Assembly (NCBI GenBank): GCA_002104945.1
Contig: MCFH01000085.1
Coordinates: 62,001-126,000, forward strand
DNA from: Piromyces finnis finn
Lineage: Eukaryota > Fungi > Neocallimastigomycota
DNA length: 64,000 nt
Direction of reading: 5' to 3'
Below, piece by piece: positions 1 to 27,559 of this stretch (positions are counted from its first letter, which is position 1; every line of letters begins with the position of its first letter). The notes under the pieces were generated by a model. It was given only the letters and a program-made list of their open reading frames with translations, had not been told where the DNA came from and did no database searches. The translations under genes were made by a program, and so were the position numbers.

Positions 1-483
1 ATATAGAAATACTGAAATGCAAACAACAACAACAATAATAATAATTGTTTGTATAGGGTAATAAAATAACTTTATTGCTATAAAGGTCAATCTTAATTAG
101 CATTTTGAAAAAATAGTTTTTTTTTATTTTTATAATTATTTTATATTCTATTCTATTATTACTATTATTTATCTAAAAATAAATAATTAATATACGTTTA
201 TTTTGTTATTTTAAAATTATTATAAAAAGCAAATGTAGTAGTTTTACAAAGGATGTTAAAATTATTAATTATATAAAGAAGAAAAGTTTTTATATTTAAA
301 ACGCCTTAAAAAAAATGGATAATAATAATATTATATAAGATTAAATTATATTAACTCTATTCACTTATTTAATATGTATTATATAATGTAATGTATTGTA
401 ATTGATAAAAGTATCATCCATATTTTAACAAAGGATAATAAATATTGTAATTTTGATAATTAATTGATAATAATATAAGTGAA

Positions 484-779
<296 letters not shown>

Positions 780-1550
780 TATTATACTATATATTATATA
801 TTATCCTTCAATATATAATTTTGATTTTAAAATTTTTTTAATTTTTTTATAAAAGAAATAATAAATATAAATATATAAAATTATTTAATCATAAGAAATA
901 CTAAAAATCATAATAATATAAATAGTTAATTATAAATAAGGAATATTATATTTATACAAAAGATACAACAACAGAGAATAGTATTTATTTCAATAATATT
1001 ATCATTATTCTATTAAATATTATAAAATATTACTAATTATTTATTATTAATAATATACAATATAAATAAATACAAATAAAATACATTTTATTTATTATTA
1101 ATTTTCAGTTATAATAATAATAAAAAAGTATATTTATAATTAATATTTTATAATATATATTATTTATATAAAGGAGACAAAATACAATAATAATAATAAA
1201 AAAAAGTAAAACTTCAAAAAAAAATAATTATTATTTTAAATATTTTTAAATATTCAATTCTCAATAATATTAATTGAGAATAAGGATATATACATATAAT
1301 CAATGTTAACAACTAAAAATATTAATAGAAAACGACTTAAACTTTAAAACAAAGTAAAATAGAAAAACCAATATTAGAAAAAAAAGAATAACAAATAATA
1401 AAAAATAAATAAAAAGTATAAAAAAAATAAACTACAAGTATTTAATAAATAATTGTTAATAATAGTGCTAAAATAATTTATCATAATATTACTTTTTTTT
1501 CTTTTTCTTTTTCCTTTTTTTTTTTTTCTTTAAAAAAAAGATAATAAACA

Positions 1551-6219
<4,669 letters not shown>

Positions 6220-6331
6220 GAATATTATTTATAAAAATAAACATCAAAACATTATTTACATATATAGATAAACAAAAAGCAAAAAAAAAAAAAAAAAAAT
6301 TATTTAAACAATCCTTAGAAATAAGTTTAAA

Positions 6332-6364
<33 letters not shown>

Positions 6365-7119
6365 TTCTATATACTCATTGGACCGAAAATATATAAAAGA
6401 AATGCAATGATAATCATTATATTCATACTAAACATTATAATAAGCAATTAATAACAATAACGATAATAATAAAAACATTATAATATATAAAAGATTTTTA
6501 CATAACAATTTTATACTACTTTTACTACAAAAAAAATTAAAAAAATATAAAAATTCCAAAAAAAATGAAAAAATATATAAAAAATCTAAAAAAAAAATAT
6601 AAAAAATTTAATAAAAATATATTTAAAAAAAAAAAAATTCTAAATTTCGTGTTTTTAATCTTGTCATTTAGAAATTAGAAATATATAATAATTATAATAA
6701 AAAAAAAAGCTTTAAATTATTTTTATTATATTTTTATTTTTTTATAATAGAATCTATACTAATGTATTTTTAACATATATATGTATATAATAGAAATTCT
6801 TGTTTTTATGTATATTTTTAAATTATATAAATGAAAAAAAAAAAAAAAAAAGATAATAAAAGAAAAATGTAATTATAGCAATTTAAAAAATAATGAAAAT
6901 AATATTAATTTCTGAAGGCCATTATTTTTGAATTATTTAGAGTATTTTAAATGTATAATATATATTCCATATTGAAATAAAGTCATAAAGTTCAGTTATA
7001 CCAGATCTAGTAAATTCCATTTTTAAAGGTCCTCAAAAAACGAGAACCTTTACTAGATCATCAATAATATTTTCTAGATAAACTGTTTTATATTATATAT
7101 AACTTATCTAATAGTTTAA

Positions 7120-15761
<8,642 letters not shown>

Positions 15762-16894
15762 GATAAATATTAATTTTATGACAACAACAGAACAAAACTT
15801 GAATATATATAAAAATTTTTTTAAAAATTCTTTTTCTTTTTAAAATATGGGCTTTTTGAAAAATAATACTAATATTAATAAAAGTGATATTTTCAAATTT
15901 TAATATTAACTGTGTTTTTTTTTTTTTTTTTTTTTTTTTTTGAATATATTTACTATAGAATTAATTTAAGAAGACTTACATATATATATGTATCGTTGGA
16001 ATGAAATAATTTTATCTAATATTCAATTTACTTTTTTTCTTCTTCTTTTTCTTTTCATATTACAAATAATGTTAATTATTTATTGAAGGAATTAATATTG
16101 TTAATGGGCAATTGAATAGATAAATGTTTAAATAATAAAGAGTATATATGATTAAATTTTAACATTAAATTGATTCCAAAATAACTTTACATTAGTAAAT
16201 GTAGATTATTTAGTTGTAGACTTATTGTAAGATATCTATTTTTTTAAATGAATTTATATTCATAAATAATTTAATTTAATGCTAAAACTAAATTGAATAA
16301 AAAAAAGTAAAATGATATATTGTTTATTTTTTTTTTTTTTTTTTTATTTGTTTCAATTATATATTTAGTTAATTGTAAAATTTATGTAGTTTGAAATTTT
16401 GTTAAAAAATAATTAATGAATTAATTTTAATTTGCTATTGTTGACTGCGAACAGTATTTTTTTTTTTTTTAACTTTTAATTAATATTTTTAAATTTTAAA
16501 TGCTATTTATCTCTTCCTATAATATTAATAAATAATATTTAAAGTTTCGACAGAGAAACTTTAAAAACCTTTTTTTAAAATTTTTTTATATATGAATGGA
16601 TAATTTTTATAATAAATTTAATTAGCAATACATTACACTTTTTATCTTAAAAAAAGAACATAAATAAAACAAATATTTATTTAAATTTTGAAAATACAGA
16701 AAACTAAATTATTATACAAATTGTGGTTATAATTTTAATACTTTCTTTATATATATTCGATTCTTATTTTTATTTATTAATTTGCTTTATTATTATTAAT
16801 TATAAATATAAAGTAATACTTTTTTTTTCTTTCTTTTTTAAAAGAATGAAAAAAATATGTTTGTTTGTTATTATGAAATATATAAATACTTTTT

Positions 16895-16928
<34 letters not shown>

Positions 16929-18208
16929 ATAATAGATTTATTTGTTTATTTACTTATTCCTATAACCTTTTGTTTTTAATAAATGTATTTTTCTATTTCC
17001 CTAAAATATCATTAATACAAAATCTAAATTAAATTAAATATTCATTTTAAAAAGACTTTTTTTTTAAAAAAAAAAAAAAAAAAAGTAAAAATTAATAATA
17101 AAAATAAAAAGGAAATAAATGAATAGAAGAAAAAATTAAAGTAAAATAAATAAAAAAAAAAAAAAGAGGTTTATAATAATTTAAATAAAGCAAAAGATCT
17201 TAAAAAGAACTTTTTTTTTTTTTTATGAAATATTTCTTTTATCATTAATTTTAACAATTTTTTTTTTTGTTTGTTTGTATGTTTACTTTTCTATTTATTT
17301 ATAAAAATAGAAATGAAATGATTTTTTGGTTAAATTTTAAGCCTATTATAACGATAGTTAAAATCTAATAATCATAATAAGTTTAATCTCTAATAAAATT
17401 ATCTCTTTTTTTTTTTTAATATTATTTTATTAGTTTTATTTTCATTATTTTTTTGTTTTTTTATTATCATAAATTTGCTTTTTTAATGTACTTTTATATA
17501 AGATTTTATTTAATTTATTGTATTTTATTTTGTTTTTTTTTAGTTTTTTTTTTTTTTTTTTTGTTTCTTTTTTTATTAACTTTTATCTTAAAATTAAATT
17601 AAATTATTAAATGGGTTTTTCTCTTTTTTTTTTATTGCAATAAACAAAAAAAAAAAAAAAAGAATGTGTATTAAAATATAAAACAGGTATATGTTTATAA
17701 TAAATATTTTATGAAATTTTTCTTTTAATTTATAAAAGAATATATATTATATATAATAGTATTGTTTAATAGACTTTATAATACAAAGTAAAGGGGAAAA
17801 TTTTATTTATTTAGGATTTATTTATTTATTATTTTTTCCTTTTACTTTTTTCTTTTATAAATATAAATATTATTTTATGTTTCTTCTATACTTTACCATT
17901 ATATATTTATATTTCTAAAATTAAAAAATAATGGATTAAATCTTTTTCATGTTATGGTAAAAAATAATGTTTAATTATTGTTATAATAGATGGTAGGTTT
18001 GATAAATAATATTTTAATTTCATATAGGTGTTGTTATAAAAAGTAATGGTATTAAAATGAATGATGATAGGTAGAAATAATGTATTGTGTTTTTCTTCTA
18101 TTAAATATCAACATAAGAATTTAATAGAAGTTTTTGTAATAAATTCTACAATGATTCCCCATTCAATTTATATCATTTATTTTGGGGTAGCGTATTATTT
18201 GAAGATTC

Positions 18209-20011
18209 TCATATGTAAAGTGCCATATTTTCTGTTGCTAAAGTAAGTTCATTCATAATTCTTTCCTTTTCCTTAATTTGTTCATCTTCAGACTTTTTAA
18301 TTCTTTCCAAGATAATATCATTCTTGGTGAATTGACAGAAAGCTAAATCCCATTTATTTAAATCATAAATAATCTTATCCATTCTTTGGTAACCCTTAAT
18401 ATTTTGCGGTATTAAATCACGAATATGGCCTAAACTACCTTCTGGTTTACGAGTGAAAAGAGTAATAACAAATTGTTTTGGATTAAATAAATTCAAAACC
18501 TTGCTGATCATTTCATTATAGCTATTGTATTGATTTAATGGATTACTTAATGGAAGATTACATTCAAAACTAGCATAGGAACAAATATCTTCTGGAGTAA
18601 CATGAACACTGTAATAGTGTTCACCAAGTAATGCGTTAGAAGAGTAACCACATGGATTGAAGACATAATGATCGACTTGAGCTTGTGGGAAAACACTTTT
18701 TAAACCGGTTTCTTCATAAACACGATCCTCAGTTTTTCCTTTTTTATAAGTTTCACCTCTTTCTTCAATTTCCACCACTTCACGCTTTTCTTCTTCAGTA
18801 CGCCAGAAGTTTACCATTTTCTTTTGATCAAGACCACTCATTAAAATTTCTAAAGTAAAATCATCTTCAGAAATACCATCTCTATCAACCTTTAATTTGT
18901 TAGATTGATTACCCTTACTTTCAATAATTTTTTGAATTTTTTGTTCAAATTGTTCTTGAGGTAATTCAGAAATGGCATCAGTATATTGAAGAATTTTTTC
19001 TTCATATGGAGTAGCCATATACAAATTCCAATGGTCTCTGTTAAGTTTGCCAACAACATAAGCAGAAGTATTAAACTTGGATTCTGGGAAAATTCTTTCT
19101 AAGAAATCAACCTAAAAGAATTGATAATTTTCATAACAAGGACATTTATTAGAATAAACCCCGATAAATATTTGAAATAATTTATTAAAAAAAATAATTA
19201 TTTTTTTAAATTATTAAAAGTAAAAAAAAAAAAAGATAATTCAACACTATAATATTTTTTTCATAAAACTTACTTCAGAATCCCAACTACCGTGTGGACG
19301 TTCTTGACGATCTGGGAACATAAAACATTTACGAGAATAAAAGAACGCAGAGATAGTATCTAAGCCACAGTATTGTTTGGCAATATCAAGAATTTTTGGA
19401 ACAGCATTTAAAAGAGTTGTGGTACCACAAGTTTTAATCATAAAACGATATGGTGAAACGAACATAGAAGATTCACTATAAATGTAAGCATTTTTTAATA
19501 TTATAGAAAGTAAACATAAAAAGTTAGTATTTTATTCCTTTATATTTTCATTGTTTTTTTTATTTATATTACTTTTCATTTTTCAAAACATTTTTATTTA
19601 CCTTAACAAATAAGCATCTTGTTGTTCATTGTTAGTGATGCTCAAAATTTGAGCACGAACGACAGTTAACATATCATCCCAAACTTCCTTTTGAACAGAT
19701 CTTAAACCAAGACCTCTAGTACTCTTAAAATTATCTTTGTTGATTTCATCAATTTGTTCTTGTGGTGGCTTAAACCAGACTTCAATTAACTTTTCTGGTC
19801 CTTCAAAACCAAGTAAAGAAACTTGTTGTTCTGGATTAGCATCAACTGGAGTATAGAAAGTTTGATGATCACTATAAAATATTAAAAATTAAAAAAGTTA
19901 ACAAATCTATAAAATATACAAATTAAATGTTTTTATTCATAATGATTATAAATTATGATTGCTTATACTGCTTATATATTACCTTGAAGTAGTACTTAAT
20001 GGGCTGAACAT
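18209..20011 (-). CDS. SPE2: S-adenosylmethionine decarboxylase proenzyme, ~467 aa, 4 exons
   Basis: Exons 20011-19983, 19871-19602, 19475-19274, 19111-18209, phases matching. Hallmark motifs GFEGPEKLIEVWF, the autocleavage site DAYLLSE/SSMFV, IKTCGTTTLL, FNPCGYSSN and HVTPEDICSYASFE. Confidence 0.97.
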
Positions 20012-21049
20012 TTTTTTTTAATACTACAAAAGAAAAAAAAAAGATATATATTAAATAATATTAATAAGATTGCTTTGATTAATATTTAATATTTTTTCAC
20101 TCCATATTGGAATAATTATCCTTTTTTTTTTTGAAATTAAAATTCTAATATTTTTCGACTTATCATCTTTAATCTCACAAATTTATTTGAATGAGTCTCA
20201 TTTATCATTTGTATATATATTTCTTCTTTTTTTTTTTTAATATTTTAATTATTTTTAAAATATTATTTATCTTTACCTTTTTTTAAAAGCTGTTTCGGTT
20301 TTGTGTTTTTAAGATTTGGATGTTAAAAAAAAAAAAAAAAAGTCTAAATATATTCTTCTTTAGATATCTTTCAAAAAAAAATAAAAATTAAATTATTTTA
20401 TTGGAAATGATAAAATCTTTAATTTATTAATTTCTTTTTTAGAGATTCTTGTTGTTATATATTTATTATTTTACTATAAAAATAAAAGGTTATTGTGTGA
20501 ATGTTTTATATCAACGCTGGAAAGTTGGTTTAGTTATTAATAAAATAATAAACCTTTCTCTTTTTAAAAAAAAATCTTGATAAAAAAAAAACAAAAAAAG
20601 AAAGTCACAAGAATGTTTTTATATTTGGGGGAAAAACCTGTTATTAAGGTGTTTCTCTGCTATAAAAACAAGGATAAAAACTAAATACTTAGTTTTTTTT
20701 TTTTTTTATTCGTAAATTATGTTGGTATAGAAAACGCTTCTGCTTTAAATCAAAAGATTTCCCTATTTCAATAATTAATGAATATATTCAATAATTAGAA
20801 CAAAAAAAAAGTAAAGAAAAAAAAAAATTTTTTTTTTCTTATTTTATTAGTTTTTTTTTTTTTTTGATTCAATATATTTTGGAGTGTATTGAAATTCAAT
20901 TGATCAAATATATTAAATAATAATGGAATATAAATTTTAATTTTTTAATTTAAAAATATGTATGAATAATTTTAAATCAATAATAAAAAAAAAAAATTAA
21001 AAATTAAAAATTTTATAATCATTATAGTTTTTAATTAGTTAATGTAGAT

Positions 21050-22000
21050 AATAATGTATTGTAATAGCGTATAATATTCATAAGCCACTATTTCATATAT
21101 TTTGAAATGGGATAAAGGAATTAAGGGAAGTAAATTGTATCAATTTAAAATGATAAATAGCTTACGCCACATTTCAACCTATTAATTATATTATTAATTC
21201 TTTTTCTTTGATTTTTCTACCATTAATATTATTTATAACTAATAATAATTAAATAAATTAATACAATATATAAAATTAAGGTTTACATAAATATAAAATA
21301 ATATGTGGACTAATATAGTTTTCTTTATTTTTATTGGATGACGAATTTTTTAAATAATTGAATGTAGTCTTTTTTCTATATCAAGAAAATGCCAAAAAAA
21401 ATGTTATTATTCTTTTGCAACTAATTGTAATCAACTATGTTTTTATTCAGTTCCAATCAAAATCATATAAAGAATATATTGTAATGTATATTAGAATATA
21501 TTGTAATATATTACGTATTTAAATTTCAAAATAATTTAATTAAAATGTATATTAGAATGTAATCATTAATATATCAAATTAAATAGATAATTATGAATAA
21601 AAATTAAATTTAAAAAAAAACAATTTTTTAAAAAAAAAAAGAAATTTCAAAGGATTAGAATTCCCAAGGAAGATGAATAAAAAAAAAAAAAGGAAAGATG
21701 TAAGTAGTTAGAAATGATGGTGTTAAGTAAAAAGAAGTTATTATTCTAATCATTTTTTAATATTAAATTTATCATGATATATATAAATATTTATTATATA
21801 TTTTCTTTATAAAGTAGTTTTAAAGAAATTAAAATTTAAAAGTCAGAACCCCACTATTTTTAAATATTTAACCATAAATTTAGTTTAATATAGAATTTTA
21901 TTTTATAATAATAGGATTATATAATAAAATTTAAAAGTTAGTAATCAACATAATATTTTTTTTTTTTAAATCGATATATTCTAATAATAGTAACCATTAA
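21050..22000 (+). mobile_element. Highly decayed Ty3/Gypsy reverse transcriptase relic
   Basis: Scattered translated fragments in the expected RT order: DKGIKGSK (cf. L.KG.I.PS), QRIRIPKEDE*K (cf. HQIRI.EEDE.KTAF), NPTIF (cf. NAPATF), RYILI (cf. DDILIY). Many stops and frameshifts; boundaries approximate. Confidence 0.4.
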
Positions 22001-22488
22001 AAAGGGCTAAACATTAAAAAAAAAAAACTTTATTATATAGAAAAAGATGATTATCAAAAGGTAATATGAAAAAAAATTTAAATGTTTGTAGTATTAATAC
22101 TAATTAGGCTTGATAGAAAGGATAGAAATAATAAACTAATCAATATTAATAAATGAAAACTATTTGATAGTGAAGAAAGAGAAAAAATTATTAGAAATAT
22201 AATAAAAATATATAAATGACATTATCAAATAAAGATGACAGTGTATGAAAGAGGAACAATTAATAATATTTCTTCATTTTTGTACCAAAAGATTTATTTT
22301 ATACGTTTATTTAAATATTCATTTAAATAGATTATAATTGATTGCTAAACAAAAAAGGTTTTTAAACTTTAAATGTTTAGAAACTATAATTATTAATTAT
22401 TATCAATAAAATATTCAAATGAATAATATTTATTTTATATAAAATAAAAGGAAAAATAGGAAATTATTATTCATTTTTAATGTTTATT

Positions 22489-22519
<31 letters not shown>

Positions 22520-22549
22520 GCCAACTAGAGAAAAATTCTTAGCCTTTAT

Positions 22550-22850
22550 AAATTGAAAAAGAATTTCTCTTTCTTAATAATTTCAAAATATAATCTTTTA
22601 CTGCATTTTTCTAATTGCCTTTTTAATAATATGGCATTTACTCTTTATATTAAATCCTATTTATGTTATTAATCTTACATATTATGACTTCTTTTTTTTT
22701 TTTTTTTTTTTGATACACCATTAAAGTTTTTTTAAGCTTTGATTTGGTAACATCATCTGATGTAAAAAAAAAAATAGTATTATCAAGACTTAACACTTTC
22801 AAAATTATTCTTTTTGATAAAAAAAAAAACTTTCTTTTATAAATCAATTT
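22550..22850 (-). mobile_element. Possible decayed Ty3/Gypsy integrase core relic
   Basis: Fragments SLDNTIFFFTS and RVNAILLKRQLEKC resemble SDRG..FTS and ERVN..LE..LRC; weak. Confidence 0.3.
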
Positions 22851-23429
22851 ATGTAACTATAAATAATTTAAATATTATTTATTGTTTCCATTGTTTGATT
22901 ATTAACAATAAATAGGAATGAAGCAAATAAAAATAAATAAATAACAATTCTCATATTTACTTCATTAATTAGTCATCAATATTTAAAAAAAAAAGAGGAC
23001 TTTTAAAAAATGAATATATAAATTATATTAATTTACTATTTATATCTATATTAATTCAAATAATTATTTTTATTAATTATTTTTGATAATGAAAGCTGTC
23101 AAATTTTTTTAGTTAATCTAGAACCAATTATAATATAATAAAGATTAATTTCTTTCATTAAAAAGATAAATTAAAAATAAATGTATTGAGAACGTATTAA
23201 TAATGTAGTAAGAATGTAATATGTAATTAAAATTTTTTTAAACAATATTTTTAAAAAGGTTTTAATCATATGAATGCCTATTAGAATGTAGTGTTTTACT
23301 TATCGAAAAATAAATATTAAATTTAATATTTTTTATAATAATATTAGTATTATTAAAGAAGGGATATAAAAATGTCTTTTTTTAACTATATATTATAGAA
23401 TTTTTTTTAAATAATATTAATGTTAGTTC

Positions 23430-25170
23430 TTCTAGTCATAAATATTGAAATATATGAACAAAAAGTGGATATAGATACTGTTTCTGCAATTTCTTGTCAA
23501 GTGTCCTACTTCGCTTTGTACCATATATATTTTCTATATTTAGGAGTGTAATTAACTAGGAAGAAAATAATGCAATTGAAGTTGTTTTTTTTTTTTTATT
23601 GTTTATGCCAATTTTGCTAAAGGAATAATCAATTCTTTTAAAATCGCTTAAAATTGAATATATAAAATGTAAAGGAAAAAATTTTATGTACAACTTCAAC
23701 CCAATGTATTTCTTTGTTGGCATGTCCCTGTGTAATATTAGACCTAGCTTTATTATATTTTAGTAATAAAGCATAGTATGAGACTCTATTGATCAATTGT
23801 GAATTAATAACTAGTTTTTTTTTTTTTTTTTTGAATGAATAAACGAATGAATAAATAAATGAATGAATGAATGAAATAAAAATATTTTGGGTTCCTTAAA
23901 ATTTTTTAACTGAAGAAAAAAAACCCTTTATAACTTTTGTAAGAGCTTTAATAGCAGGTAAATAATAAATTCTAATCGAAAGAAACATCAAGATAGGTAT
24001 GACTATCAATAACCATCCATATTTAGAATCCAAAGTTTGGTTGAATACTTGATGAATAAAAATTTAACTCAAGAGCAATATTACCAGAAGCATCAATAAG
24101 TATCAATACTGGAATATAATGTTACCTGAAGTAATACTAAAAGTATTATCTTTAGTAGACTTGTTTCCAAAAAAAGTATTATCAAAAGTATTAGTGGAAA
24201 GAATTAATGTTTTGAAAATTTCAATTCAAAACATATTATCGAAACTTGATGTTTTATAAATAGGAGTAACAAGGATTACTGACCTTACTTCATCAATACT
24301 AATATCTTGATTAATATCTCATTCATAAAAGCTTAGGGAATAAAAATCGTTTATCTGTTAGTTTTTTATACTAACGCTCCAAATCTCAAGGCTTTCACAT
24401 CTTTAGGATCAGATGCAAATTTTCCAAAATAATTATGTCACATCCTTAGTTAATCTATTTGTAGCAATGACTAGTTTCTCTTTTTTTTTTATATTTTTAA
24501 TTGATTGAAAAGTATAGGACGAACCTTTTCCAATTTTAATAGTTTTCTTGATCCATTTCCGAACTTTCTTAGGATGGTGTATTTTCATATCATCATAGCT
24601 TTAATCCAATAAAGATAGTCAGGTTTCTTAAAACTCCTTACACACATTTTGTGAATGATATCAATAGAATCAAGATATTTCTTAATCATATTATAAAATT
24701 CATTTAAATTAACAAAGTTTAATATCTTTTTTAATTCCTTATAATGCCTCGTTTTTTTTTTTTTGCTTTTTGGGAAGATTAAAAATATGTTGTGAAATAT
24801 AAAAATAAAATGAGGATTTAATAATGTTGAGGTCCTCAGCAATTGAAAATACAGTTAATCTTTTTTACAAAGACCATCTATTAAAATATCAAAATTATTA
24901 AATTTGATTGAGAGAATTTAGAATTTATAATGACTGAGAATGTAATTCATTTCTTTTGATAGAGTATAATCAATGTCAGAATATTGATCATCTCTAGTCC
25001 AAGAAATAGATAAATCTTAAAATATGAAAAAATTTCCCAGTTTCCTAGACCATTAAACAGCAACCAGTTGAATAATTTTATATTTAGAAAAAGTAAAATC
25101 ATTATTATCAATAAGAATAGATGGATGAAAAGAATGAAATTAGAACCAAAAACATACTTTTCGCTTTAAG
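23430..25170 (-). mobile_element. Old degenerate copy of the LINE family at 55501-61207, with an internal deletion of the RT core
   Basis: Colinear nucleotide similarity to the intact element (roughly 70% by eye): 24541-24670 vs 58415-58550, 23700-23815 vs 56941-57060, 24960-25135 vs 59010-59190 (APE). ORF 24585..24842 (DYLYWIK) matches EYLHWIK. May extend to about 25600. Confidence 0.85.
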
Positions 25171-25970
25171 CAATCAAAATTGATATTTTTTTTTTTTTTA
25201 AGATTTCTTCTTGTGATATTACCAGCAAAAATGTTGCTACAACATCGGCAACGTTTACTTCCTCTACTAATATAATATTCTTCGTATATATTTAAAACAA
25301 CATTATTGAAAAGATTAAATAGAAAAAAGAGAAAGAGAATATCTTTACCTTACACCACAGTTGATATGTAATTCATTAAAAAATTAAAAAATACATCCAA
25401 GAAAGGTGCAAAGGCTTTTGAGATAGAATAGAGATTATTAGGAAAATCAAAATATATATCACGAATACCTAGTTTGTATAATTATATGAGATATGAGAAT
25501 ATTAACAAAATAAGAATTGAATCGTATCCTTTTTTCTTAGGTTCAAGAAATAAATGTTGAAATGAATGTTGGGTAAATCAAATATATACCGATGTAAAAA
25601 AAAAAAAAAATCAAATTTCCATTTTTTTTTTTTTAGACAAGGAAAAAAATACACTTTTTCTTGTATTTATATTTATTCAATTTATATTAAATAATAACAT
25701 ATACTGATAATCGATAAATAATATAATAAATAAATAATACTATAAAATAAGCTATATTAACTGTTTAAATTGAATAAATTCTGTAATTTGTACGGTCCCT
25801 ACCAAATAAACTAAAAAAAAAAAAAAAAAAAAAGTAGCATCAGGTAGAGATAGAATGATGTCCATTAAACTCTCCCATGAGTTCTTTTGATGCTTTTATT
25901 CAAAAAAAAAAAAAAAAAAAATACTATCCATAAATTTTGTATGTAAGGACCATTAAAAAATGTTTCTTTG

Positions 25971-25980
25971 CCACTGAACG

Positions 25981-26021
<41 letters not shown>

Positions 26022-27559
26022 GGCATCAAATATTTTAAACTTTATTATTAATTTAATTAAAATTATAATACATGTAATAAAAAATTAAAAATAAATAAAA
26101 ATAAAAAAAATATGTTTAAATAAACACAAATGAATAAAAATTGGGTATAATGTATTCTAGTAATTTTAATTAAAGTAAGAAAGCCACTATCATACTAAAG
26201 TATAATAATTGTATTTGACTTCCAATGGGACACCGAGCCAAAGATCAAAATTTTGTCATGGAACAAAATTATGATCTCCATTGGTTGCGCTGGCCCTCCT
26301 GGCCTGTCTTACTGTTTCTTCAGCATTGACGCTCTTGGATGTTGCTTCAAACCTTTTGAACATTGACCATTGCTGGCCAATAGCAAAAGGCATGATTTTG
26401 GTTAGAAGTTCCGCGGTTACCGTCAAGAATGGTGCTCCTTCATTAGTACCAGATTGAATCTGACGCTTACAAAGTTCTTTCCATTCCCTTGAATTGTAAT
26501 TAATATTGTTAAAACTTCTTCCCCCAAGAAGGAATTTAAATATTTTACTGCACACACTAGAATAATCATACACATTAATATTCACCGGATTATTAGAACT
26601 ATTACTATCATTAACTAAATTACTATCTAAATTAGAATTATTATCTTCACTATTGCTATCATTATTAATATTATTATTTCTATTACTACTATTGTTATTA
26701 TTACTATTACTACTATTGTTATTATTACTATTGTTATTATTACTATTGTTATTATTATTATTGTTACTATTACTATTACTGTTATTGCTATCTCTACTGA
26801 CATTATCAATTTCATTATTATTGATAGGACTATTGGAATTACGTTGACTGAAAAAATTTAATAGCTGGACTATGGAATCATAATGTTTAATACGGATATC
26901 TCTAAATGTTGGACAATCTAATAACCAATGTTTAATACTTTGATCTCCACACTTGCAACATGGACAGTAGTTAGGACAAACTGGATCAACAAATTTAGCA
27001 GCTTTGGCAACTCTAGCATCCAACTTATATCCGCTTCTTGCTTTCAATAGCCAGTAGAAGCCATAGGCAAACTCTGGGTACTCATAACATAATTTAATAA
27101 AATCTTTAGTTTCAATAAATTTATTATCATCATAATATTGCGCTTTGATTGAATTCCCTTTGAGATCTTTCCAATAAAAGTTTTTAACTGCTTTAACATC
27201 TCCATGCTTCTTTAGTTTTTTTTCAAGTGTCCTACTTGATTTGCACCACGTGTATTTTCTAAATTTAGGAATGTAATTGACAAGGTGTGAGATAATACAA
27301 TTTGAGTTTTTCCATTTGTTAAAACATCTAACCTGAGCTAACGCACATTTGGCTGACAATGGAGGAATATTCAAATCTTTTGAGATAGAGTATAAAGATA
27401 TAAACGATACGGCTTTATGAACTCCGGCAACCCATCGTATTCCTTTGTTAACATGCTTCTGAGCAATCCTAGACCTAGCTTTGTTGGATCCAAGTAATGG
27501 TGCAAAGTATGAAACTCTGCTAATCACTTGAGAGTTAAGTACTAGTCCACTGAACGCAT
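25971..27559. repeat. 12-13 bp target-site duplication CCACTGAACGCA(T) flanking the truncated LINE
   Basis: Exact copies at 25971-25983 and 27547-27559; the last T is ambiguous with the poly-T. Confidence 0.95.
25983..27546 (-). mobile_element. 5'-truncated LINE copy (1564 bp: ORF C-terminal ~430 aa, 3' UTR, 36-nt poly(A))
   Basis: Near-identical to 55501-57056. Poly-T at 25983-26018. Flanked by the direct repeat CCACTGAACGCA(T) at 25971-25983 and 27547-27559. Confidence 0.97.
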
